Assembly (NCBI GenBank): GCA_009914755.4
Contig: CP068257.2
Coordinates: 41,216,001 to 41,280,000 of the forward strand
DNA from: the human T2T-CHM13v2.0 reference genome, Homo sapiens
Direction of reading: 5' to 3'
Length of the DNA stretch: 64,000 nt
Numbering within the stretch: the stretch's first letter is position 1; each line of letters opens with the position of its first letter. Of the stretch, positions 13,791 through 30,178 are shown piece by piece. The position numbers and the translations under genes were made by a program. Below the pieces are notes generated by a model. The model did no database searches. It saw nothing but the letters and a program-made list of their open reading frames with translations, and was not told where the DNA came from.

Positions 13791-15962
13791 CCACGCTCCT
13801 CTGGGACCCTCAAGCTTCCCTGCCTCCTCTGTGGGGACCCCTGGGTGACGTCTTGCTGTAGAGGAGAGGGCGCTGCTGTGCAATTCTGGTCCAGATGGTT
13901 CAGCTGGTGACCCTGGCCTCCCCATGCCAGGCTCCTGGAGGCCATTCCCAAGGTCCTGGGGGGAGGATTGAAACCACGCCCCTGGGTCCCACACCCACCT
14001 GGCCCCCTACCCCCGAAACTGCCGCCACACCCAATCCCCCCTCTCCCAGATCTGGGAGCTGGGATTCTGCCCTGCTGTCCCCGTCTGGGGCCCCTCTCCT
14101 CTGCAGGTGCCTCAGTTGGGAGAAGGAGGGGTGGCTGTGAAGGTGAGGATGAAGGAGATGGCCCAAGAGCACAGCCTGGGGGCAAGTTCCCAGGGAGGCA
14201 CTCGCTGGTAAGGGAACAGGGAACACTCGCTGTCACCCACCTTCCTTGTGACAGTGGCGCTGTGGCCCATCCACCATCACCCCAGCGCTTCACCATGAGC
14301 AGCTTCACGAATCCATGCCCAGCTCACTGCAGAATCCCCGGGCACCAGCGCTTCGCCAAGAGTGGCCTCCAGACTCCACATTTTAAGAAGGAACTCCCAC
14401 CCCATTCAGCTCGCTGCAGAATCCCCAGGGTCCCTGCCAGCCTGGCACCCAGCGTGCCCCTCAGTATTCTGGGGATTAGTGGGGGAGTCCCTCTGCCGGG
14501 AAGAGGTCCTGGCTGTGTCCCTGCAGGGCAGTGGCTGAGCCCATGCCTCGACCCCAGGGCCAGTCCCCGCCGGGTGCCATCCTGAGCAGGGCCACAGAAC
14601 GGATGTCCCACATGGCCAGGACCCCTGTGGCCACCTGACCCCGGGGGGGCTGTGGCCCTCGGTGAAGCAGGTGACCGGGCGGGCTGTGGGGTTTGTCAGC
14701 TCCGCAGCGTCACTGCCGCTCAGCGTATGAGTTTCCACTCCCAGCACTCAATGAACAGCTGAGCAACTGCAGGTGCCTCCGAGTGCTGGGAGAGGGGATG
14801 CTCAGCCAGCCAAGGGCCTTTGCCCCAGGGGAGTAAAATCGGGGCATTTCCTGGTGGGTGTCGGCTGGGCTGGAGAAGCTGGGCCTCCGGGCAGGGGCTG
14901 GCATACTGTCCAGACACTGCACGGACTGCCAGACACTCCTCACCTGGGCCTCGGGCTTCTCACCTGAACCACAGGGTGGTAACCCCTGCCCCTCAGGTGG
15001 CATTGACGTGACCTGCCTAGTGCACAGTGAGCCTGAGGCAACACGGCCACCACCAGGAGACTCCCTGGGGAAGAGGCCCCCAGACAGCCAGGTGCCCATG
15101 AAGTTCTGCACAGGGGCCGCCGCCGTCCAGGAGATGGGAGGGCCCTGTCTGCACCCTGTCTGGAAGGGGAGTGGGGCGAGCGGGCCACTTGGCCTCCCTG
15201 GTATAGGTAAGGCCAAGGCAGCTAGAACTGGGGACAGAATACCCGCAAAGGGGAGGGGAGCTGCACAGATGAAAGGAAATACACACCAGCGTCCCGTTGG
15301 GGTCTTCGGATGAACACCAACCTACACATTCTGTAAAACCCCAGGACGCCAAAGAGTAGCTTTTGAGGAAAAAACAATCCTCCGGAGGGTAAGACAAACA
15401 ATTCCCGCCTTGCACAGAAATCACCCTCGTCCCTCCAGCCAGTGTGCAGACACTTCTGAATACCCAGGATTCTGCAGGGACAGCAGGAGGGTCACACCTG
15501 GGAAGGACTAAAACATCCAAGGAAAGGCTACTTCAGCCTCACTCTAGTGAGCTTAAAACAAACCTGAAAAAGACCAAATTAATCTACATGGGGCTTAACA
15601 GCCGGCCAGAAAGCGTAATATTCTTTAAAGGAACCTTAACAAAACTTCACACTTAATAATGTAAATCTCACCATGTTCCTAGTCAAAAATTTACTACACA
15701 GACTCAGTAGCGGAAAAACATATCCCATAAGCAGAGGACAAATCACAGATGCTCCTCGACTTACGATGGAGCTACATCCGAACAAGCTCATCGTCGGCCG
15801 ACAGATCGCACGCAAGTGGTCCACGGATCGCACATAAGTGGTCCACAGTCGACAGAAACAGACCTAGATATGACAGTAATAATGAATTAGCAGAAAAGGA
15901 ACAATTATCTTAAATTTGCTCCATATGCTCGAGGGTATTTTTTAAAGCATGATTATGATTAA

Positions 15963-16436
<474 letters not shown>

Positions 16437-16443
16437 TTTTTAA

Positions 16444-16581
<138 letters not shown>

Positions 16582-18413
16582 TAAATACCAAAACCAAATT
16601 TATAGAGATGAAAAAACACAATGGCTCATACAGAAAATGGCCATAGCTTAACAGCAGCTTAAAAGATCAGTGGGCTTGAAGACGTGGAAACAGAATCTAC
16701 CAAAAATGAAACGCAAACTGAAGAAGATGAGCAGACTCACGGACCCATGAGTCCACAGCAAGCAGCCCATTCGAGTACCTGGGACTGCAGGAGGCAGGGG
16801 AAGAGACCGAATAGCTAGAATATTTCCAAATTGCATAAAAATGACAAAGCCTACAAATCTTGACAAACCCCCAAAACACACACACATACCCTAAAGCTTA
16901 TCAAATTACAGAAAACCAGGGATAAAGAGAAAAAATCAAAAGCAGCCGCAGAATACATACATGATGACTATCATGTATCAGTCAAGAGATAGAAACATTT
17001 AACACGAAGAATGATTCAACAGGAACAGAGGGTTCCACTAACATGTAAAGAGACTTCCGAGAACAGAGGCGCTGAGGCCTCGGGAGAACCTCCACCGCCA
17101 GGACTGAGACAACAAACCCACAAGCGTTGAGTCTGGATCTTGGTGAGAACCTCGGAACCCCACGTCGGCTGAGACACAGCTCTGACCTGAGTGGGGCTAT
17201 GATGTGCCGGGTGGTGCAGTTGGCCAAGGTGCAGCAGGCCAAGGCCTGAGAGCAGGAAGCCCGGGGCAGGAGTGCCAGCGAGACTCACCCAGAAGCTCTC
17301 CCTGGGGCAGGAGGGAGGCAGACGCCCTGGGAGCTGGACAGAGGCAAGGAAGCTTAGCAGGAATCCTTCCCACCGTGGTGAATGAACCTGGGTGTTGCTA
17401 AACTCCTGCAGACTGTCACTGAGAGCCCCCGCCCCCACCATGAGGCTGGCAGGCACACACCACGGAAGCCAGGAAAAGCAAGCACACTGGAACCAGGAGG
17501 GCAGGCCCCTCCCTCCTGTGGAGTCCCTCCAGCTCCTTCCAGTGACAGAGCCAAACACTGTGCCAACCTGCAAAGGAGGGTACAGGGAGGGCCCAGCCCA
17601 GGGTCACACGGCAGGGCTGAGAAGGGTGCACTGGGCACGGAGAGGCAAGACACGGATAGCTGGAGATACCGTGTGGGGGCCACACATATCTGCACGTGCA
17701 CATACAATCACCCTCCCACTATGAAGCACAAAACAGGGCTCAACAAATCTAAAGAGAGGGAAGTCAGCAAAGTATATTCTGAGACCACAGTGGAATTAAA
17801 ACCAGAAACCAGAAACAACAACAAAATCTGGAGGAAAACCCTAAATGTTTGGAAATTAAACCATACTTCCAAATAACCCACAGACCAAAGATCTCACAAG
17901 GGAAATCAGAAAGTAAAACGTATCACGGTACAGGAAGAAACACAGAAAGCTCTCCTTCCCGGAGGGGCCCTCGCGGCTGGTCAGCTGCTGCTGGCTGCTG
18001 GCAGGAGGCCTCAGTTCTCTGCCATGGTAACCTTTGTAGGCTGGCTGAGTGCCCTTGTGAGCTTGCGGCACATTTCCCCCAGGGTAAGTGATCTAAGACG
18101 GGTAAGTCAAGGTTTTGGTAAGGTGGCCTCAGAGAACAGGATCAAGGTTAGGTCTGGATCGAAGGTGGGCAGTGTCACTGGCTCCCTGCAAAACTCCACA
18201 CCACACACTGTGGGCCTTCCAAGTCGATCATGAGCCGCCACAGCCGCAAACACTAGGCGTTGAGGATGCACTGCGTTTTCCACGCTGGGGTCGGGGTCTG
18301 GGATGAAGGACTGGCAGGATCTTCTAAGAAATGTGCATAACTGAGAGCCAGCAATTCCACGCGCAAGTACACACCCAACAGAAATGCTTACAAATGTTCC
18401 AGAAGACGGGTGC

Positions 18414-18708
18414 TGGCCGGGGGCAGTGGCTCACACCTGTAATCCCAGTGCTTTGGGAAACTAAGGCAGGAGGACTGCTTGAGGCCAGAAGTTCGAGACC
18501 AGCCTGGGCAGCAGAGCAAGACACCATCTCTACAAAAACTACAAAAATTAGCCAGCACGCAGGCACACACCTGCAGTCCCAGCTACTCAGGAGACTGAGG
18601 TGGGAGGATCGCTTGAGCCCAGGAGGCCCAGCGAGCCAAGGTCACACCACTGCACTCCAGCCTGGGTAACAGAGCAAGACCCTGTCTCTAAAAATAAAAA
18701 AAAAACAG
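18414..18708 (+). mobile_element. Alu, forward
   Basis: ggccgggggcagtggctcacacctgtaatcccagtgctttgggaaactaaggcaggaggactgcttgagg ... ctgtctctaaaaataaaaaaaaaa. Confidence 0.9.
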
Positions 18709-19032
18709 AAGACAGGTGCCAGCATGTTCATCACTGCACTATTCCTAACAGCCAAACTGTGGAAACTACCCAAATGCCCATTGATAATAGAATGAACGTG
18801 CTGTGGGATTTTCACACAATGGAGTACTTGGCATACAGAGCACTGAGAATGAACAATCCACAACCACAGGCAACAAGGTGGATGAGCCTCACAGAGAGTG
18901 GAGCAGAAGCGGCCACAGCAAGAGGGAAACTGAGGTCAGGCCGGCCAGCATGCATGTGCAGTGCCTAGAAGGGAACATGGGCGTGGGGGCTTCTCAGCAG
19001 GTGCTAAGTGTCCTGCTTCTCGTGGGAAGTCA

Positions 19033-19938
<906 letters not shown>

Positions 19939-20222
19939 TCAAGGTACCAGCAAGAAGGCAGCTGCGCCATCCACTGAGACACAGAAACGGCTCTTGGCAG
20001 AGGGACCAACTCAGGACCAAGGCAGGATGCTGAGGAATAGCAGGAAGCCAACCCCGCTGGGGAAGAAGCAGAGCCTCAGAGTAGCCCCGCGGTCCTGGTG
20101 GAGAGACGCGGCCCCGTGAGGAGGGCGTTCCGTCTCAGTCCCAGCCACTCCACTCTGCAGCCGTAGCACAAAGCAGACACAGATAAGACATGGACAGACA
20201 GGCATGGCTGCATCCATAAAAG

Positions 20223-20283
20223 TTTATTCTCAGATAATGAAATGTGAATTTCATGATTTTCATGTCATGAAATATATTTTTAA
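20223..20283 (-). terminator. candidate polyadenylation signals on the minus strand (AATAAA at 20228-20223, ATTAAA near 20283-20278)
   Basis: + strand tttatt at 20223-20228 and tttaat near 20278-20283; first minus-strand poly(A) signals met going downstream from the WDR4 stop codon (none seen in 20300-22410). Confidence 0.3.
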
Positions 20284-20859
20284 TTTGTTTTCAACCACTT
20301 TTAAAATGTAAAAAAGCCATTCACAGGCCATCTATCAGGCCGTGGGCAGGATGCAGCGCATGGGCCTGTCTGCCAGACCCTATTTTAGGTGAAGATGCCA
20401 GCAAGACCAACCTGAACCTCTCCTAAAACCAAGACTTTCAAAGCAGACTATGAATGAGAAAGCATGCCCTGCGCCAGATGCCCTGGCAGCGTGAAGGAGG
20501 CCAGGCTGCTTGTACAGGACAGTGGCCCAGCATGGCCCCTGCCTTCTGAAACCCCTGATCCCCAGCAGAGAGGAGTGGGCCTCAGCTTTGCAGACAGCAC
20601 TGTTTCCAGATCAATGTTAAAAGGAAAACAAGGCACTTATGAAAAATTTGAAGCATTCCAGCTTTTGATACACAAAAGGATTCTGAGTACCCAGCGATAC
20701 CCCACATCATAGTCATCGCCAGCATGAACCTGTTCCTGTGTGGAGACTTCATCACTGGACAGCAGGTAGGAGCCGGCCTGAACGAATTAAGTGATGTACC
20801 CAGAAGCCTGCCCATTGCAGAAGCCTCTTCCCAAATCACGCGGCGCACACCTCACTCAC

Positions 20860-21580
20860 ATGCAGCGCACGGTCACGCAGTGCGCACCTCACACACACAC
20901 AGCGCACGATCACGTGGCCTGCACCTCACTCACACAGCGCACGATCACGCGGCGCGCACCTCACTCACACAGCGCACAATCACGCGGCGCGCACCTCACA
21001 CAGCGCACGATCACGCGGCGCGCACCTCACACAGCACACGATCACGCGGCGCGCACCTCACACAGCACACGATCACGCGGCGCGCACCTCACTCACAGCA
21101 CACGATCACGCAGCGTGCACCTCACACACAGCGCACGATCACACCGCGCACCTCACACACACAGCGCACGATCACGCGGCGCGCACCTCACTCACACAGC
21201 GCACGATCACGCGGCGCGCACCTCACTCACACAGCGCATGATCACAAGGCGCGCACCTCACACAGCACACGATCACGCGGCGCGCACCTCACACAGCACA
21301 CGATCACGCGGCGCGCACCTCACTCACAGCACACGATCACGCAGCGTGCACCTCACACACAGCGCACGATCACACCGCGCACCTCACACACACAGCGCAC
21401 GATCACGCGGCGTGCACCACACACATAGCGCACGATCACACCACGCACCTCACACACACACACACAGCGCACGATCACGCGGCGCGCACCTCACTCACAC
21501 AGCACACGATCACGCAGCGTGCACCTCACACACACACAGCGCACGATCACACCGCGCACCTCACACACACACAGCGCAGG
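20860..21580. repeat. GC-rich minisatellite (VNTR), about 36-bp units x about 20, with higher-order (about 240 bp) duplication
   Basis: units of the form agcgcacgatcacgcggcgcgcacctcac(tc)acac repeated head-to-tail; block 21040-21190 recurs at 21280-21430. Confidence 0.9.
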
Positions 21581-22410
21581 CACCAAGGAGTTTTGCCTGG
21601 TATATTAGGTTGCTGCTAAACATTCCTAGGAAGTTGAGAAGGTTCATCCTTGCTGATCGGTGATTGAAATTCAGCAACATCCCTGTGGCTCTGCAGTGTG
21701 TGCCAAGGTCAAATCAAATCATAACGACGTCCTCAATCACCTCCCTGTAAACCGGGTGCCAGCCAGGCCCGTGCTCACACTTCCTGAAACAAGTTCACCA
21801 TCTGTGCCACCGATGCCAGACAGAGCTCCCTGCGACTCCAAAACGTGTTTCTCACTTCCCACAAGGGAGCCACTCTCCAGGAGCAGCTCCTGAGCACAAG
21901 GGCTACGGCTGGGGCTGGGGCAGGCTCAAGCACTCGTGCTGAGTTTCAACAGCCTGTGTGGCGAGCAGCTACTGCGGGACAGCACGTCACCTGGGTGCTG
22001 AGACGGCGGAACAACATGAAAACATCCACCATGCCAGAAACGTCAGCCCACAGATGCTCCTAGAGGAAGATGCAGCGGACACGAAGGGCGGTATGAGAAC
22101 AGGAGAAACACAGACAGCTGCCGCCACCACCGGCTCACACGCAGCCTCCGACATGAAAAGAAAGTGCTTCAAGAGCTTCCACTCCACTGGTCTGGCTTCC
22201 CTTCAACCAGAAAGGGGGCACAGGCACCCAGCAAGAGCCTGTGCTGGTGACACAGAATGTTCTTTCTAGAGCCCAGGGGACAGCCCCATCCTCTGAGCTG
22301 GTCACAACTGATGTCACCTTTTCCTTCTTGAAGGGACATGCCAGGATGCAGGGGAACAAGTTAAAAAGCTTTTCCTAATTTGAGGTGAGAGACACCACTG
22401 ACCGCCACGA
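21581..22410 (-). other. WDR4: WDR4 3' UTR, proximal part (distal end undetermined)
   Basis: contiguous with the terminal coding exon downstream of the TGA at 22411-22413; no splice donor is required; end not resolved (see 20223-20283). Confidence 0.5.
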
Positions 22411-23130
<720 letters not shown>

Positions 23131-24512
23131 TTAAGGCATCGAGTGTGGGATAGCATGTTCTGCCGCCACAGGGAATGGACACGGATTTCATCTACTTTAT
23201 CTAAGTGCCAAGGATTGGGGGCAATGACTGACCACAGGCACACGGAGACAGCCTCAGCCTGGCCAGGAAACCACAGGCCCAGCCGGTAACCCGCGCACCA
23301 GCGACTGCCTGAAGCCTGCCCATCCAGCAGGTGGCGCAGCCTCCCCGCCCCTCCAGCGACTCTGCTGCTTGTGGGACACTCTAGCAGCAGCCCTCCCCGG
23401 TCCCTCTCCCAACGCAGGCCCCCAAGTCTGCGCCGGGAACAGGCTGCTCTATCTATGGAACATCTCAGGAGAGCGAGCCCAGGCTTTGGCCTGAGACTGT
23501 TGTGCAAGGTGACACTCAACAGGTCTATGCTGTCCGTGGCCTAGAGCACGGGGGCCATGAGCACTGCAGATGCCCGGCCATGAGCACTGCCGCCTGCAGT
23601 CCCTGACACAGCCAGTTACAGGCCCACTCTGAAGTGTTCCTAAAGCAGATCCCAACCACGCTGGGGGGCCCAACCCTGCCCGTCTCAACCCTCAACATCC
23701 TAAGCAAAGCAGGAGGGAGAGAAGCCTCAGAGGCAGAGCCAGCGTGCCGCCACTCGGGGAGCCTGGCAGAAGGCGGCTGGGCCCCAATCAGCGGAAACTC
23801 CTCCGACCTCAGTGTGAATCCCTCCAGAGCTCCAAGGAACCTCAGTGCTCACTGCAGTGGGGTTTAGCTTTGCAAGACTTCAGAGCAGCAACTTCTTGTC
23901 GTGAATGAGGCACCTGGATTCCATGCTGGGCTAATCCATCCTGCAGACACCATCGCCTCCAAGACTGCAAGGTGCTGGCACAACGACGCACCCAGAACTA
24001 CAGTGTGTCGTGTCCCCAGAAGGCAGGGTAGAAAATGTTCGTCCAGCTCCTCCCTCAGCCTGGCTGCTCTCCTTCCTGCAGCCGCAGCCACGGGAGTTGC
24101 TGGCTAGATTCCCTCCCCTCAGCTGAGTGTTCCTGTCAGGACAGTGACCATCCTGCCCCTGCTCAGCCTCCTGAAGACCCCCGGGGCCTCTGGCTAGACC
24201 CCCACTAAACCTCCCAGTGAGGCCCTGCACTTACTGACGCACACTGCAGTGGGATCAATTCCCTCAACACCATGGACCAGGCATGAGGCAGCACAGCACC
24301 AGCTCCCTCTGGGAGCCACCAGCTGCCAGCCCTGCCCTGGGGACCTTCAACGCCCAACTCTGAAGGCAGGTGCTCAGACCCTGAGCCCCCGGTTCCTAAG
24401 TGGCTCTCGTTAGCCTGACTCCCATGGGGGGCTCCTTCTTCTGCTGTGCGTCACCCACCTCCTGCCCTGCCCCGCCTTCTGGATGGGGACACACGCTTAC
24501 TCTCCCTCTTTA

Positions 24513-24710
<198 letters not shown>

Positions 24711-24996
24711 TCATCAGAAAGAGGCAGGCCTGGAAACCCAGCACCAGGACGCAACACATGCTGGCCAGAGAGGCTTGCAGGGGAGGTCCCCTCCTGGTGC
24801 CTGGGGACCCCCATTCACCTTCTGTGGAGACCTGGGGAGGCAGCCCCCGCAGCTGGCCCATGATGCCAGGGCAAGCTCTTCACATGCAGTTCATCAACCT
24901 CAGGGGCCAGCAGGTGCGACAGGCACCCACTGGGGACATCATGTGGCCTGCCACTTCTCAGGTAAAAAGAACTGGATGGCTTAAAAGTGCTTCCAG

Positions 24997-25334
<338 letters not shown>

Positions 25335-25793
25335 CTACTCCACTCAACTCCACAGCAACCCTGTGAGACGCAGGGCGGGCAGGGGCATTGCTCCGTTACC
25401 AGGAGCGATGCAGACAAGGTACAGGGTTCGCCCCGTCCCCCAGCAAGGAAGCAGCTCGGCCCGCCGCCCTCGCCCAGAGACCCCACTGTCTCCCCAGAGG
25501 AAAGCAGCTCAGCCTGCCGCCCTTGCCCCCTCCTCTACCCGGGGCTCCACATGCTCCTGAGGACTCAGCCAGTGCCCCAGGCCCGAGGCTGTGCTAATCC
25601 AGCCTCCAAGTGTTAGTCCCACACACCCTTGCCACACTGAGTGCCAACTTCATCGCTAAGTGTGGTGTGGGGGGCCACACACTCCCCCAAAAAAAGAACT
25701 GTTGCAGACATCACCACATGGGACAAGCCAGCCACGCCGGCCTGGCACCCGGCTCCCTTCACCCACGGTGGAAGCCCCAGCCACTGCCATTCA

Positions 25794-26225
<432 letters not shown>

Positions 26226-26924
26226 CTACGCTGAAAGCCCCAGCTGCGCCACTCCCAAATGCCGGCGCCGGGGAAACCATGGGGTGACGTACACTTTTTT
26301 AAGTCCTAAGCTCTGGAGTGGCTCGTGGTGCAGCAATAGCTAACCAGCACGGTACAGGCAGGCAGGGCAGGAGGACGCAGGCCCTGGGCTCAGGCGCAGC
26401 TCTCCTCTCACACCTGCGTACTTCCAGAACGAGCTAAGAGACCTCCCCAGGCTGTCATAAGGACAAGATGAAAAGTGCCAAAAGCACCAAATAGAATACC
26501 TTTCCTGACACACACAAGTCACTCGGGAAGAAGCAGCAGAACTGCACTCCACCCCTAAACCCACCTTGTCAGCACCGCCAACCCCAGGGGGTTCCCATCC
26601 GACCAGCCCCGAGCCGGGAGTGAGGTGATGCCACCACGACTGGCCCAGGGGAAAGTCTGTCATCTCAGAAGGCCAGGCAGAGGCTGCTGGTGCTCTTTAC
26701 GCCAGGGGAGTTCAACGTCAGGTTGAAGAGCGCTGGCTGAGAGGAGCCCTCACCCTCATGCAGCAGCAGTCATCAAAAGTGACATTCTCAGAGGGAGGTG
26801 CTAGACCAATACCACCACCGTTCAGGACCTCTTCATTGAGGACGTGGGCCAGTGGCCAACCCGCTAACTCTTCCCCCTGCAGGTCTGCAGAACCGGAGGC
26901 CATAGAGGTGCCGCCGCAGCTTAC

Positions 26925-26989
26925 CCGTCGCACAGGAGCGCCACGCAGTTCTCCTGGCACCAGAATGCAATCCTGGACGCGGCAAACTT
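26925..26989 (-). CDS. WDR4: WDR4 coding exon 8
   Basis: ttttag|AAGTTTGCCGCGTCCAGG...TGCGACGG|gtaagc; encodes KFAASRIAFWCQENCVALLCD plus GG. Confidence 0.85.
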
Positions 26990-27372
26990 CTAAAAGGAGA
27001 AGAAGCCCATTAACTTCACGCCACCTGCAGGGGCCCGACGCCGGGCGCTCTGATCCAACAAGAGCAAGACCGAAGGACGCTCACGCCCCCACATATCGAG
27101 GAAGAGGAAACAGCACTGGAACATTCTGGAATCAGTGGGGAAAGGAGGGTAGCTGATTCCCTGTTTCCCAAGCAGATGACAAAAGCCCCCCAGTGGTTCT
27201 GGCACTCCCTGCAGGGCCTGCGACAGCCTCCAAAGCCAACAAGATAGGTCAGACAGTGAGGAGAAGAGGGAGCGGAGGACACAGGGGAAAGGAAGAGATG
27301 AGAGCTACACATACAACTGCCCTGTGAGCTCCCACAGTTCCTGGCAGAGAAAATATTAAAAATGAAGAAGAG

Positions 27373-27505
27373 GCCGGGCACAGTGGCTCACGCCTTTAAT
27401 CCCAGCTACTCAGGAGCCTGAGGCGGAGGTTGCTGTGAGTCGAGATAGCACCACTGCACTCCAGCCTGGGCAAGAGTGGGACTCCATCTCAAAAAAAAAA
27501 AAAAA
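27373..27505 (+). mobile_element. Alu with internal deletion, forward (WDR4 intron 7)
   Basis: ggccgggcacagtggctcacgcctttaatcccagctactcaggagcctgaggcggaggttgctgtgagtcgagatagcaccactgcactccagcctgggcaagagtgggactccatctcaaaaaaaaaaaaaaa. Confidence 0.8.
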
Positions 27506-28043
27506 TTTTTTTTAAATGAAGGAAACTTCCAGGAACCTGAGTCCACGTGAAGCATGAAGGAAAAGGCCTGGTCCTCTCTTACACAGCTGCCTGGCAGGGG
27601 GCAGAGGCCACACCACACAGTTCTCTAGGAAATGGAACAGACCGTTTGGCGGGAAACTTTGCCAAGGCCTGGGCTTTCAGGGTGTCATGAGATTGCTCCA
27701 AGCTGGCCAGAGAATGCTGGAGTGGGCCTGGCCCCACCCCTGCCCCACCTGGCTGGCAGACCCACAAAGGTGCATGCTCAAGCACCTCCATTCCTTCCAC
27801 TTCAGAGCAGGATTAGAGGCCTTCCTGTACATTAACTGTTTGCATGCAACAGGGAGACAAATTATTTCCCACTGACATGACGAGCCACCTTCAGAATTTG
27901 AAATACGAGATTTCCCTCACACAGGAGGAAGTCTGGCATTGAGAGCAAACGTTTCCAACGGCGAAGTGACTTTTCCACTCAAGTCAGGCGACTGCCGGTG
28001 TCTACAAGCACTCAGTCGCCCAGGAGTGAACAGAAGCAGCTAC

Positions 28044-28142
28044 CTGGGGGGCCTGGGGGTCCACCAGCTCCTGCAGACTGGCCAGGTGACAGCAGTGCAG
28101 CTGGCGGCCGCTCCTGTACTCCCAGAGCCTCAGGGTGCCGTC
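28044..28142 (-). CDS. WDR4: WDR4 coding exon 7
   Basis: ttgtgcag|GACGGCACCCTGAGGCTCTGGGAG...CCCCAG|gtagct; encodes [33 protein letters not shown] (WD-repeat-like); anchored on ORF 28002..28259(-). Confidence 0.9.
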
Positions 28143-28779
28143 CTGCACAAACCAAACACACAGGTTAGCACATGGTTGTGGGGCTTCCGTCAGGTAGGGT
28201 GACAGAGAGGACAGCTGCGTGTGGTCGGGGCTCCACTCCGTGACAGCCATGCCACCCACCCTCAGGAATTAAAGGCTCTCTGCTCTGACTGTGTAAATCG
28301 CTCATGCAAATCATCAAGGACAACGGTGGGGAACGGAAGGTGACCGATTCCCTGTTTCTCGAGTGCCAATATGCCCAGGCAGATGACAAAGCCAATGAGG
28401 CAGATCCTAGCAAAATAAGCCAAGGCCGCTAGATGGCCAGGTTGTCATCCGCCAGGAGGCCAGACCACATCTGCTGTGCCCGGGCCAGGCATAGACACGG
28501 GCATGCACACAGGTCTGCGCAGACACTTCAGCAATCATGCATTCCCACGGGGAGACACGTGTGGGCTCATGAGCTCGTGGCCACTGCTCCACTTCACTAA
28601 GAATGACAGGAAGGACATGGCCATCAGCAACCGTCCCATGACAACTGGTACAACCCTTCAGGAAGCCGACACAGGAACCAAGAGGCTCCACGCTCTAAAA
28701 CCATCATCAATGGAAAAAAGCGTTTCTCTTTTTTTTCTTGGTTTTATCTGTTGTTATTTTTTTGTTGTTTAATTGAAAT

Positions 28780-28930
28780 GGGGTCTATTCCACACTGCCC
28801 ACTGCACTGCAGTGGCTATTCACAGGCTTGCTCCTGGCTCACTGCAGCCTCTGACTCCCAGGCCCAGGCAATCCTCCCGCCTCAGCCTCCGAGTAGCTGG
28901 GACTACAGGCATGAGCCACCATACCTGGCT
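28780..28930 (-). mobile_element. Alu fragment, reverse-complement
   Basis: gggtctattccacactgcccactgcactgcagtggctattcacaggcttgctcctggctcactgcagcc...gggactacaggcatgagccaccatacctggct. Confidence 0.75.
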
Positions 28931-29124
28931 TAAAAAAAATTCATTACAGCACTAATTCAGTGGAGAGAAATAAATCAATACTCATTAAATCTAATGAGAG
29001 AGTGTCTGTGCACTATTTGTAAGTATTTTTAAATGACTAAATGAAAAAGATGAAAAGTAAATACCCCAAACAGCTAACAGTAGATGCATATCCTCTGGGT
29101 GCCGAGGTAAGAGTGGATGTATGA

Positions 29125-29200
29125 ATGCACACACACACGCATGCACATACACACGCACACACACACACCTTTCTACAAATGTGGCAGATAAACATGGAGA
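29125..29200. repeat. imperfect (CA)n / ACACGC microsatellite
   Basis: gcacacacacacgcatgcacatacacacgcacacacacacacc. Confidence 0.8.
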
Positions 29201-30178
29201 CCAACACACACATCTACAGGCATTTCACTCACCCCCAAACCTCTCTACGAAGACAAGAAAAAGATGTTTAATAACCATGAACCCACTAAGACAAAGACAA
29301 CAGGCAAGAAGAGAAGGCAGCCGCGGAGAGACAGCAAGGAAACCTGGGGGCTGGAGGCCAGGGAACAAATGCACCAGCCACAGAGAAGCCCGAGAGGTGC
29401 CAGGACCTGCCAAAGACCAAACCGGGCCAGGCAGCCTGAAGACCAAGGTGGTGAGGGGAGCTGTCAAATGTCTTTACAAAGAGAAACGGGACCTCCCTGA
29501 TGCATCCTCAGCCCCAAACTCCAGGCCAGCAGAAGGCTCTGGGGAAATGGAGCCGAGGGGCCCCTGTCTCGGGGATGCCAAATACTCACTGAGAAGAGAG
29601 TCACCTAGCCCCTTCGCACTCACCTCCCAGAGCCCCGGGGGACAGACCTGGGCAAGAGTGAAGGCCGGGACACTGACCACCCAGAAGAGACCGACTGACC
29701 CACACGTTCTACGGAGTCCACAGGCAAGGGGCTGCTGCCCACAGACACCTGCTCTGAAGCCCCTCGGGCCCCACCCTGGGTGCACACACCCAGCCTCTGA
29801 GGCCGGCTGGTGCTGACTCCCATCACACACAGGCAGATGGCATCGCCAGACATCCGAGGAAAACCTCCAATGAGAAAGGCAGACAACACACTCCAGAGAA
29901 GGCAATCAAACACAAGGCCAGGAAGAAATTGAAGAAAGAAAAGTCCACGCTCATCTCAGTGAGATAAGAGACACGTGCACTATCCGAGAATGGGTGGCTG
30001 CAAAAAAGAACGTGCCGAGGGCAAGAAAGAACTAAAGATTCAAAATAATCCTAATAAAACTCAAGTCTCCACAGAAGGCTGGAAAGTAAAGTTGAGGCAA
30101 TCTCCCAAGAAGTAAGACTATTCCTAAAGGAGTAGAAATACGAGATTGAACAGGAAAGAAAAAAACCAGAGAATTATG

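Noticed and set aside
12725-13794. Long ORFs (up to 294 aa) rich in His/Thr/Cys/Val across the GT-rich tract
   Set aside because: They are pure translation of (CA)n/(TG)n-type simple sequence in all frames; not coding.
20724-21663. 234- and 290-aa plus-strand ORFs with repeating HSARSRGAHLTH... motifs
   Set aside because: They are in-frame read-through of the 36-bp minisatellite. The repeat periodicity, not selection, keeps the frame open. Sense of WDR4 transcription is the opposite strand.
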